Source: Caldisericaceae bacterium
Lineage (GTDB): Bacteria; Caldisericota; Caldisericia; Caldisericales; Caldisericaceae
DNA length: 13,448 bases
Assembly: GCA_049967855.1 (NCBI GenBank)
Contig: JBMFRX010000023.1
Coordinates: 1-13,448 of the forward strand
Direction of reading: 5' to 3'
How positions within the stretch are numbered: position 1 is the first letter of the stretch; every line of letters starts with the position of its first letter. Shown in pieces: positions 1 through 7,626 of this stretch. The notes under the pieces are model-generated. The model was given only the letters and a program-made list of their open reading frames with translations. It was not told where the DNA came from and did not search any database. The position numbers and the translations under genes were made by a program.

Positions 1-1
1 C

Positions 2-277
2 TATCTATTTGGCCCGGCAATATCAGAAGCAAAAGACCTAACAAAGGGCAACCTTGAGTTTTCTGAAGCAAAGGGCTTTTATACCCTCTATGAGAATGAA
101 GGAGATTTGCAGAAACTGCGTAAGCTTGTGGAAGCTTCTATGGACCCCAAGAGGTTAAGACATGCATCTGTAGTGAAAGAGACAAACGTGCTATTCCTTC
201 TTATAAAACCAGATCCGTACAAAACTGGAGAAGAACTCAAGAAATTAGTTGCGAATTTTCCTAAGTATTTTGCTTAG
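2..277 (+). CDS. 3' end of an unidentified protein, truncated by the left window edge
   Basis: Not in the ORF track. Frame 2 is open from base 2 to TAG at 275-277 (YLFGPAISEAKDLTKGNLEF...KKLVANFPKYFA*, 91 aa) and ends 2 bp from the convergent gene's stop. No family recognised. Confidence 0.7.
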   Translation, partial: YLFGPAISEAKDLTKGNLEFSEAKGFYTLYENEGDLQKLRKLVEASMDPKRLRHASVVKETNVLFLLIKPDPYKTGEELKKLVANFPKYFA

Positions 278-279
278 CC

Positions 280-1290
280 TTACCACCTCGCGTTGTGCTC
301 TTCCACCCAGCCAATAGCGTTATCGATTTCGTATTTATTGTTGGAATCATCTTTCAGAGTTCCTGAAATAGCACCAAACATTTGGTGGAACTGGGAACTC
401 ACAATAAGCATATTTGTTTTTGCCTTCCTCTCAAAGAAAGGTTTGAGAACAATGTCAACCATATCTGAAGATTTGGTATATAAATGCCATGGTTTCATAA
501 AATCAGCCCTGTCATAGTCAAAAATAACGTCCTGAAATATCTTAGATAGTTTGCCATCTATGAGCAAACCGTTTTCGTTCATACCTGTTCCATCTGTCCA
601 GCCTCCCCCAGCGTTTAAGCCCACAATTTTTCCGTCTGCAAGTTTTGCCGAGAAAGAGCCCCAATTCCAAAAAGTTGAGTATTTCCATGCCCCGCGTCCA
701 AAATCAAGCGTAGCAAATGCTTCTTTTCTGGAAAAAGTATGTTTATTGCCCCCAATGCTTACCTCGCCTTCGGCTCTAAGACAGAATTGTTTTGACGTGT
801 ATTGAAACAACCTTCTACTCCAGGGGATTACAACATTGAGAGACTCTGAGCCTTCGTCGAAGACTACAATATTTGCATTGATTCTGCCTTTTGGTGTTTT
901 GGGAAGCTCGACATCAATATGCGTCCCTTCATTAGTTCTTGAAAAGCGAACAATGCTGTCGCCAGAATTGAAAGTTGCCTCTTCTGATATGCTCTGTCCT
1001 AATCTTATGCCTTTAGAGAATGGTGGCATTATGAATGTCTTTTCATAATAATCTTTCGTCTCGAAGTCTATGTAATAGCAAAACATCTCCTTTAGATAGT
1101 CTACATCGGAAATTGTTGCAGAAAATAACAAATTCCTATCATAGACAGCCCAATAATTCCAACGTTTTTTTCGGAAAAAATGTCCGCTCAAGTTGCAATC
1201 GTGCAACGGGCGCCGCGACCATCCTATAGCAAGTGGGTTTAGATTGCCATTTTCATCGCACAAATTAATACTCTCGGTGATTTCTTTCAT
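280..1290 (-). CDS. DUF2804-family protein of unknown function
   Basis: 336 aa with AAGGAGG RBS. Motifs KKRWNYW, YTSKQ, LDFGRGAW, WNWGSFS, GTGMNEN, PWHL and a terminal GWVEEHNARW resemble DUF2804 proteins. Confidence 0.8.
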   Translation of the reverse strand: MKEITESINLCDENGNLNPLAIGWSRRPLHDCNLSGHFFRKKRWNYWAVYDRNLLFSATISDVDYLKEMFCYYIDFETKDYYEKTFIMPPFSKGIRLGQSISEEATFNSGDSIVRFSRTNEGTHIDVELPKTPKGRINANIVVFDEGSESLNVVIPWSRRLFQYTSKQFCLRAEGEVSIGGNKHTFSRKEAFATLDFGRGAWKYSTFWNWGSFSAKLADGKIVGLNAGGGWTDGTGMNENGLLIDGKLSKIFQDVIFDYDRADFMKPWHLYTKSSDMVDIVLKPFFERKAKTNMLIVSSQFHQMFGAISGTLKDDSNNKYEIDNAIGWVEEHNARW

Positions 1291-1308
1291 AAATGCCCTC
1301 CTTTACAA

Positions 1309-1336
1309 ATTATAAGAAATCCTGAATTAACTCAAA
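1309..1336 (-). promoter_or_regulatory. Putative sigma70 promoter of the DUF2804 gene
   Basis: Minus-strand TATAAT at 1309-1314, just upstream of the RBS, with a weak TTGAGT/TTTGAG -35. Confidence 0.5.
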
Positions 1337-1341
1337 ACATA

Positions 1342-1500
1342 CTACCTTGTTTTTAAAAGCTCCCTGGAATGTAGGTCAACTCTCAAGGAAAGAGTCAACT
1401 GCCAATCGTTTGAAAGCAACTTTGCATTTGATTTGCAGTCAATGATAGGCACATCATAATAGTCATAGAAAGAAGAGATATATGCTTCTCTGCAGGATGT
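1342..1500 (-). pseudogene. Possible degraded PIN/VapC toxin C-terminal remnant
   Basis: The minus strand reads AEKHIS in one frame and SFYD...NAKLLSNDWQL in another, resembling the PIN C-terminal pattern AxKxxISFYDAxYxxxAxxxNAxLxTxDxxL. No plausible start or RBS. Confidence 0.3.
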
Positions 1501-1522
1501 GAATAATTCCTTCCGTTGCAAT

Positions 1523-1550
1523 TTGACAATTTCATGAATTAGACTAAAAT
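1523..1550 (+). promoter_or_regulatory. sigma70 promoter of the ABC transporter operon
   Basis: TTGACA (1523-1528), 16-nt spacer, TAAAAT (1545-1550), followed by an AAGGAGG RBS before ATG 1598. Confidence 0.7.
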
Positions 1551-1597
1551 TATTTAAAGCCAGACTTAGGTTTGGCAAAGCTAAAGGAGGCAAATAA

Positions 1598-2368
1598 ATG
1601 AAGCTTAAAAGTTTCAAGGCAGTAGTATTGTTTGTTATAATTTTCTCTATGGTTGCCGTCAGTTTTGTGGGATGCAAGAAACAACCTAAAGTACTACGCG
1701 TGGGAACATCTGCTGATTATCCTCCATTCGAATATGTGGATGATAAGACACAGGAGTTTGTTGGCTTTGACCTCGACTTGATGAGGTTGCTTGCTAAGAA
1801 AATGGGGTATGATGATGTCCAAATTCTAAACATGGACTTTGACACGATTATTCCTTCTCTTGGTACAGACAAGATTGATGTTGCTGCTGCATGCATCACG
1901 ATAACTCCCGATAGGGAAAACGAAGCTATAGCTGTGCCTTATTTTACTTCGGGACAATCGATCATCGTGAAAAAGGATTCCTCTTTCAATCCTCAGTCTC
2001 TTGAAGCCCTTTCCGGAAAGAAAATTGGCGTTCAGAAGGGCACCACAGGAGAAGAGACTCTTGACAAGGCAATCGCAGATGGAAAGGTTAAAAACGCAAA
2101 AGTTATGCGTTATACCTCTGTAATACTTGGAATGATGGACCTTCAAACTGGGGCAGTTGACGCTATGATTATAGATACTCCTGTTGCAACTCTCTACTCC
2201 ACAAAATATGATTATAAAACTGCTGTGGAAGTCGTTTCAGAGACAGACGGTCTCTTCGTGAAGAAGGGTAACACTGCTCTTGCAGATTCACTAAAGAAAG
2301 CTCTTGATGAGGTGAAAAATTCACCTGATTGGACTGCTCTTATGGAGAAGTATTTCGGCGCACAGTAA
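1598..2368 (+). CDS. Polar amino-acid ABC transporter substrate-binding lipoprotein (SBP family 3)
   Basis: Signal peptide with lipobox FVGC; motifs GTSADYPPFE, GFDLDL, ITITPDR, IGVQKGTT, G-VDA; strong RBS. Confidence 0.93.
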   Translation: MKLKSFKAVVLFVIIFSMVAVSFVGCKKQPKVLRVGTSADYPPFEYVDDKTQEFVGFDLDLMRLLAKKMGYDDVQILNMDFDTIIPSLGTDKIDVAAACITITPDRENEAIAVPYFTSGQSIIVKKDSSFNPQSLEALSGKKIGVQKGTTGEETLDKAIADGKVKNAKVMRYTSVILGMMDLQTGAVDAMIIDTPVATLYSTKYDYKTAVEVVSETDGLFVKKGNTALADSLKKALDEVKNSPDWTALMEKYFGAQ

Positions 2369-3033
2369 TGAAGATTATTGACCTTTCTGTCTTTTCAAAT
2401 TTCCATGCTATTCTCTACATTTTGAAAGGAACAGGAAGCACTTTATTCTTAACATTTGTTGCAATATCGCTTGGATTTATTGTGGGAAGCATTCTTGCAT
2501 TTGGGGAGGTGTATCTTGCCTCCCCATTTTCATATCCATTCAGGATAATCGGAGAGACTCTTCGAGGTATTCCTTTGCTCGTTTTTTTCCTTTTGCTCTA
2601 TTTTGGGCTTGGACTTGACCCTCTGACATCTGCAATTCTTGGATTAGGGCTGAGGAGCGCTGCTTTTCAGGGACAGATATTCAGAGGGGCTCTTGAGGCT
2701 GTAAACATAGGGCAAGTGCATGCTGCTCTAAGCCTGGGTATGAATAGGATACAAGTCTTCAAAGAGATTTTGTTGCCGCAAGCTGTAAGGATTATGATTC
2801 CAGGCTGGTCAAACGAGTTCATAACTGTTCTTAAAGATACTTCAATAGCTTTTGTTCTTGGTATTCCAGACATAATGGTTCGTGCAGACCTTATTTCACG
2901 TTCCGTAGGAAGGTATTTTGAAATCTATATCTTTATTGCCCTTGTTTATTTTGCTTTGGTGCAACTTTCCACATATGTCCTGAACAAAATTTATGAAAGG
3001 AAAAGAATTCCAGGATTGGGAGAAAAGAGATGA
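2368..3033 (+). CDS. Amino-acid ABC transporter permease (HisM/GlnP family)
   Basis: Motifs RGIPLLV, AAFQGQIFRGA, GQVHAALSLGM (EAA loop), ILLPQA, LKDTS. The start is moved from 2329 to the ATG at 2368, which overlaps the upstream TAA (TAATG). Confidence 0.92.
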   Translation: MKIIDLSVFSNFHAILYILKGTGSTLFLTFVAISLGFIVGSILAFGEVYLASPFSYPFRIIGETLRGIPLLVFFLLLYFGLGLDPLTSAILGLGLRSAAFQGQIFRGALEAVNIGQVHAALSLGMNRIQVFKEILLPQAVRIMIPGWSNEFITVLKDTSIAFVLGIPDIMVRADLISRSVGRYFEIYIFIALVYFALVQLSTYVLNKIYERKRIPGLGEKR

Positions 3034-3776
3034 AAGAAGTTCTCAAAGTTAGCAATTTAACGAAGAAATTCCACAATGTAGAAGTCTTGAAAGGAGTTAG
3101 TTTCTCTGTAAACGAAGGGGAAACGAAAGTAATCATTGGACCAAGCGGAGGAGGCAAAAGTACTCTCCTATATTGTATCAATATGCTTGTTAAACCAGAC
3201 GGTGGAGAGATTTATCTTGATGGGGCAGACATCACAAGGGGCAAAATATATGAGGCACGTGAAAAAATTGGCTTTGTATTCCAATACTTCAACCTTTTTA
3301 TGCACCTTACTGCTCTTGACAATGTGAGGATTGGTCCAGTTAAGGTTAAGAGGAAATCAAAGGATGAAGCAACCGAGATTGCCTCTCAGGCGCTCAAACT
3401 CGTCGGAATACAGGAAAATCTCTGGAATCATTTCCCAGCGCAATTGAGCGGTGGCCAGCAGCAAAGAGTCGCCATCGCAAGAGCAATTGCGATGAAACCA
3501 AGAATCATACTCTTTGATGAACCCACAAGTGCACTTGATGTTGAACTGATTGGTGAGGTTCTCAAAGCAATGAAAGACCTTGCCATTCATGGAATGACAA
3601 TGCTTGTTGTAACTCACGAAATTGAGTTTGCAATGGATGTTGCCGAAGAGGTTATGTTCCTTGAGCAGGGAATTATCCTTGAAAAAGGTAACCCTAAAGA
3701 AATACTTGCGCATCCTAAGACGGAGCGTCTAAAGAAATTTCTTTCAAGGATAAATAAAGAAAGCGAGAATCAATAA
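3030..3776 (+). CDS. Amino-acid ABC transporter ATP-binding protein (GlnQ family)
   Basis: Walker A GPSGGGKST, Q-loop VFQYFNLF, signature LSGGQQQR, Walker B ILFDEPTSALD, H-loop VTHE; ATGA overlap with the upstream permease. Confidence 0.95.
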   Translation: MKEVLKVSNLTKKFHNVEVLKGVSFSVNEGETKVIIGPSGGGKSTLLYCINMLVKPDGGEIYLDGADITRGKIYEAREKIGFVFQYFNLFMHLTALDNVRIGPVKVKRKSKDEATEIASQALKLVGIQENLWNHFPAQLSGGQQQRVAIARAIAMKPRIILFDEPTSALDVELIGEVLKAMKDLAIHGMTMLVVTHEIEFAMDVAEEVMFLEQGIILEKGNPKEILAHPKTERLKKFLSRINKESENQ

Positions 3777-4459
3777 TGCAAGCATACATAAAGATTATTT
3801 CGCGCTTTGGCGGAATGCTGGCTTCTGGTTTTGCCCTTACAGTGGAGATTACTGTTGGGGCGATTCTAATAGGACTTGTGCTTGGATTTATCCTTGCTGT
3901 AATGAAAATTTACGGTTTCAAGTTTGTAAAGTGGATTGCTTCTGCTTACATAGACTTGATAAGGGGAACTCCAATGATAGTGCAGCTCTTCATTATTTAT
4001 TATGGATTGCGTTCAACAGGGCTAATTATGCTTACTCCTATGCAAGCAGCAATCATAGGTATGGGGCTGAATAGTGCTGCCTACCAGGCAGAGTATTTCA
4101 GGACGGCCTTTCTCGCTATCCCTACAGGTCAATCTGATGCTGCGTTGAGTATGGGTATGACAAGAGCAGGCGTGATACTTAACATTCTTTTGCCTCAAAT
4201 AGTAAGAATAGTAATTCCTTCCTGGACAAACGAGCTTATTGCACTTACTCAGTATTCAAGCCTTGCGATGATATTGACTGTTATGGAGCTTACGAGTGTT
4301 GCGCAATACATTGGAAGCAAAACTTTCCTTTACATTCAAGCATTCATAATAGTGGGCGCTATTTATCTTGTTCTTTCTGTTCTGCTAACACGCCTTATGG
4401 TTTATTTTGAGAAGCATTTTGCTATTTCTGGAGTATCTGCCGCAAAGGGAAGGATTTGA
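3776..4459 (+). CDS. Second amino-acid ABC transporter permease
   Basis: Motifs RGTPMIVQLF, AAYQAEYFR, GQSDAALSMGM, ILLPQ; TAATG overlap with the ATPase gene. Confidence 0.93.
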   Translation: MQAYIKIISRFGGMLASGFALTVEITVGAILIGLVLGFILAVMKIYGFKFVKWIASAYIDLIRGTPMIVQLFIIYYGLRSTGLIMLTPMQAAIIGMGLNSAAYQAEYFRTAFLAIPTGQSDAALSMGMTRAGVILNILLPQIVRIVIPSWTNELIALTQYSSLAMILTVMELTSVAQYIGSKTFLYIQAFIIVGAIYLVLSVLLTRLMVYFEKHFAISGVSAAKGRI

Positions 4460-4464
4460 TAATT

Positions 4465-5391
4465 CTAATTCGGTAACAAATCCTTGATGAGCTGCTCGAA
4501 TTTTTTCTGATTATTATAGCCGCTGCCCTCAGAAATATCAATTCTTACTGCTGATAACGGGTCATCGCCATACTTATTTACTCTACGTTTCCACGTATCA
4601 AAACCGACGTAAAAGCCATTTTTTGTAAGTATTTCTCTAACCTCTTTCACGGATGAGCCGACTCCCCACGGGTAAGTAAATGCAATGGTATCAATATGCA
4701 AAACATCATTGAAGTATTTGCGAGAGTTTTGAACATCATTTGCAATTATGAAAAACTTTTTTTCGTCAATAAACTTCTTGAAGTTATTGTGTATTTTTGA
4801 TGTATGAGAAGCAAATTCTATTCCACCCTTTGAAAGTTCCTCTATCTGGTCATAACTGAGCTCCCAGACCGAGCCAACGTAACCTGATATTAGTGATACT
4901 ACTCCTCCGTATCCGTATTTCTTGATAATTGGATAAGCATTCATAAAGCTTTTGAAGCCATCGTCAAATGTCAGTATCACTGAGCGAGCGGGAATTTTTT
5001 TGTCGTACTTCATAAAATCGTATAGGTCTTCAATTGAAATAGATTTGAAATTATATTTCTGCAAAATCTTAAGATTGTTTTCGAAGTCTTCAAGCTTTAT
5101 GTAACAATTCCCCTTTGGTCCCCCGGTGCTGTAAAAATTGTGGTACATAAGGATGATGCAGATTGTGTCCTTTGGTGATCGGATGCTTTGCTGAATAGCT
5201 ATTAGCTCGGATTTCTGCTGACTGTTGAGTGTAAGCCCATAAACCCTGCCAATGTCGTAAGACAACCCTTCAAAATAAGAAGCAGATGGATTTGAGGAAT
5301 CGGAAGTTAGCGAATTTGAGGCTACTACTTTGGGCGGCAACTGCACAAGCAAAAGCGACACAACCAAAAGAATGCAAAACCTCTTTTTCAT
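4465..5391 (-). CDS. Secreted polysaccharide deacetylase (CE4/NodB domain, IcaB/PgaB-like)
   Basis: N-terminal signal peptide; motifs ILMYH, LTFDDG, ASHTSKIH, FTYPWG. Confidence 0.88.
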   Translation of the reverse strand: MKKRFCILLVVSLLLVQLPPKVVASNSLTSDSSNPSASYFEGLSYDIGRVYGLTLNSQQKSELIAIQQSIRSPKDTICIILMYHNFYSTGGPKGNCYIKLEDFENNLKILQKYNFKSISIEDLYDFMKYDKKIPARSVILTFDDGFKSFMNAYPIIKKYGYGGVVSLISGYVGSVWELSYDQIEELSKGGIEFASHTSKIHNNFKKFIDEKKFFIIANDVQNSRKYFNDVLHIDTIAFTYPWGVGSSVKEVREILTKNGFYVGFDTWKRRVNKYGDDPLSAVRIDISEGSGYNNQKKFEQLIKDLLPN

Positions 5392-5397
5392 AAGTTC

Positions 5398-5406
5398 ATT
5401 ATAACA
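5398..5406 (-). promoter_or_regulatory. Extended -10 promoter giving a probable leaderless deacetylase mRNA
   Basis: Minus strand TGTTATAAT-gaactt-ATG, with no Shine-Dalgarno sequence. Confidence 0.6.
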
Positions 5407-5565
5407 GATTTAGCAATCATTGTGTCGTAAGGTTAATGCCATTGCTATGAAATTTTATTCTTATTGGAGTCTTGATTGAGAAAAAACAGCCCACATTGTT
5501 AAGAAGATTGTTTCTTTGAGATAGGCAATAAGAGTAATACCAAAATCACCTCTTGTGGTTTGTGT

Positions 5566-5592
5566 AAAAAGCGGGTAGTTTTGCCTACCCGT
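5566..5592 (-). terminator. Intrinsic terminator of the sufC/sufB-like operon
   Basis: Minus strand CGGGTAG-gcaaaa-CTACCCG, then C and TTTTT, about 25 nt after the stop at 5616. Confidence 0.85.
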
Positions 5593-5615
5593 TGAATCTC
5601 TCAATTACAAATGAA

Positions 5616-6725
5616 TTACATACCTTTCATTGAAGCATCAACAGCCATATCAATTGACTTTTGCAGATTTGGTGGAAGTCCTTCAATCTTCACGTCAAGA
5701 AAACCTCTTATTATCAATGATATTGCATCGGCCTCGCTTATACCTCTTGACATAAGGTATTCGACTTCATCTTTTGCTATCTTGCCCACGGCTGCCTCAT
5801 GACTCATTTCAACATTTTGAATAGATGATTTTAATTCGGGAACTGTGTGGATAAAACCGTAATCTTTTAGCATTAAACCATCACACTCCATATGTGCCTT
5901 GATGTTTTCTGCTTCTCCAATGAGAGCTCCTCGCGTGTAAATCTCACCGCCATTGCTGACAGCTCGGCTTATTATTTCGCCGTTGCTGCCCTCTCCCTGA
6001 AGATAAATGTTGCCACCGATGTCAAGGTGTGTTTCGTCGGGGGCATAAAGAATAGAATAGAGTTTTGAAAAAGAATGCTTTCCTATGAGAAAAACATTTG
6101 GAGAGCTTTGCGTTGAATGAACGGTTTTTGTTGAAACATAATTGGAAATGAAATTGCCGTTTTCGCCAACGAGGGCTCCTGTTCTTGGCCTCACATCAAC
6201 TTCTTTTGCCCAGTTGTGAATCATAGTATAGGTAAGAGAGGCGTCTTTTTTCACATAAACTTCTGTCACAGAGATATGCTTTCCTTCCGTGTAATAGTTA
6301 GCTGCCGTGCATCCATTTGTTATATGCAGCTCTGAGCCTTCCTCGGCTATTATTATATTGTGTATCAATTGGTCGTATTTTGAACTTTTTAATACAAAAC
6401 AAGCTTGAACGGGTATTCTTGATTTAGCGCCCGGAAATGCTCTTATGAGATAACCAAGGGGTGGTGCTTCAAAAACCTTCTTTGTGAACTCGTCCTTTTC
6501 TGGATTGACAGATTTCCAATAATATTCTTTGAGCCAGCTGTATTTATCGAGGGCGATTGAAAGTGGCACAACCTCGACTCCTTTTTGAATTGGCTTGTAT
6601 TCTTTCACCTGATTGTCTATTATAAGGAAACTTCCAGCGCGGTCTTCTTCCGATGTATCAAATCCCACGTCAAGAAGTTTCTGTTGTTCTATTTCTGCAA
6701 TATCTATTTCGTTCATTTCTGACAT
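5616..6725 (-). CDS. sufB: SufB/SufD-family Fe-S scaffold (SmsB-like)
   Basis: Motifs QACF, HNIIIAEEGS, ITNGCT, HMECDGL, PEL, SHEAAVGKI, YLMSRG, IIRGFL. Likely start ATG 6725, 8 nt after AAGGAG; 6716 is an alternative. Confidence 0.9.
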   Translation of the reverse strand: MSEMNEIDIAEIEQQKLLDVGFDTSEEDRAGSFLIIDNQVKEYKPIQKGVEVVPLSIALDKYSWLKEYYWKSVNPEKDEFTKKVFEAPPLGYLIRAFPGAKSRIPVQACFVLKSSKYDQLIHNIIIAEEGSELHITNGCTAANYYTEGKHISVTEVYVKKDASLTYTMIHNWAKEVDVRPRTGALVGENGNFISNYVSTKTVHSTQSSPNVFLIGKHSFSKLYSILYAPDETHLDIGGNIYLQGEGSNGEIISRAVSNGGEIYTRGALIGEAENIKAHMECDGLMLKDYGFIHTVPELKSSIQNVEMSHEAAVGKIAKDEVEYLMSRGISEADAISLIIRGFLDVKIEGLPPNLQKSIDMAVDASMKGM

Positions 6726-7465
6726 AGTCCACACTCCTTAAAGCCATACTTTCTTAAGTCTTCTAATATGTCGCGGGGATAGCCCCTGCAAATGATTTTT
6801 CCATCTGTCATTACATAACCTGTTTCAGCTTCAACGTAATCAAGAATGTCGCCTGTGTGAGTTATTATAAGGCCAGCAACCTTTCTTTCTTTTACTATCT
6901 TATCTTTTTCAAGGAGGTGTGCAATGGTTCCGCCGAGAAGTTTGATGTTTTCAAGGTCAACTCCAGACTCTGGTTCATCAAACATCACAAATTCTGGTTT
7001 TTGAGCAATAAGCTGTAGTACCTCTGTTCTTTTAACTTCTCCTCCCGAAAAGCCTGCATTAACGTCGCGTTCAATAAACCCAGCAAGGTTAAGTTTATCA
7101 ATGTAGCTCTCGTATTCCTTATCTTTTTTGATGCTTTCAATTATGCGAGATAGTTTTACTCCTTTGACCTTGGGCGGTTTCTGGAAAGCAATTCCTATGC
7201 CAAGACGTGCCCTCTCATATGGAGGCAGGTGATTCAGCTCTTTCCCTTTGAAAAGTATTCTTCCTTCGGTAATTTCATAGCCATTAAAGCCCATTATTGT
7301 CATAAGGAGTGTTGTTTTTCCACATCCGTTAGGACCAAGCAAAGCTATTGTTTCGCCTTCTCTTATTGAAAGACTAACTCCTTTTATTATCTCTTTACCT
7401 TCAACGCTCACATGAAGGCCTTCAATTTTTAAAATTGTAGGCTTTTGAAAAAAATCTTCTTCCAT
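6713..7465 (-). CDS. sufC: SufC-family ABC ATPase (SmsC-like) with C-terminal cysteines
   Basis: Walker A GPNGCGKT, RARLGIGIAFQ, GFSGGEVKR, FDEPESGVD, ITH; ends ICRG...ECGLCQK; RBS GAAGGTGA. Confidence 0.92.
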   Translation of the reverse strand: MEEDFFQKPTILKIEGLHVSVEGKEIIKGVSLSIREGETIALLGPNGCGKTTLLMTIMGFNGYEITEGRILFKGKELNHLPPYERARLGIGIAFQKPPKVKGVKLSRIIESIKKDKEYESYIDKLNLAGFIERDVNAGFSGGEVKRTEVLQLIAQKPEFVMFDEPESGVDLENIKLLGGTIAHLLEKDKIVKERKVAGLIITHTGDILDYVEAETGYVMTDGKIICRGYPRDILEDLRKYGFKECGLCQK

Positions 7466-7512
7466 TTTTCACCTTCCAGGTTCTTATCTAATATATTACA
7501 TTTACAGTTATA

Positions 7513-7540
7513 ATTTTATCATAAAACAAAAAAAGTGCAA
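7513..7540 (-). promoter_or_regulatory. sigma70 promoter of sufC-sufB
   Basis: Minus strand TTGCAC (7535-7540), 16 nt, TAAAAT (7513-7518) preceded by TGa (extended -10). Confidence 0.6.
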
Positions 7541-7565
7541 GTAACTAAAAGTTTGGCAAAAAACG

Positions 7566-7595
7566 AAAAAGGGCTCAATGTTTCCAAGCCCTTTT
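7566..7595 (-). terminator. Intrinsic terminator after the DGC gene, possibly bidirectional
   Basis: AAAAGGGCT-caatgtttcca-AGCCCTTTT inverted repeat with T-runs on both strands. Confidence 0.7.
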
Positions 7596-7626
7596 GTAAA
7601 CTATTTGCCCGTTCTCGTCAAGGGAA

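Noticed and set aside
293..1229. Short + strand ORFs at 293-517, 551-805, 836-1048 and 1035-1229
   Set aside because: Antisense shadows of the DUF2804 gene, with no RBS or motifs.
1342..1677. 111-aa minus-strand ORF as an intact gene
   Set aside because: It overlaps the SBP start, RBS and promoter in antisense and has no RBS. Only its distal part is kept as a possible PIN remnant.
2329..2367. Track start of the first permease at 2329
   Set aside because: It gives a 40-nt overlap; the TAATG-coupled ATG at 2368 is more plausible.
1717..3713. Minus-strand and alternate-frame ORFs within the ABC operon
   Set aside because: Shadows of well-supported genes.
5430..5560. SD-like GAGGTGA and short hydrophobic reading frames on the minus strand
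   Set aside because: No start codon at proper spacing, and it lies just downstream of a terminator with no promoter.
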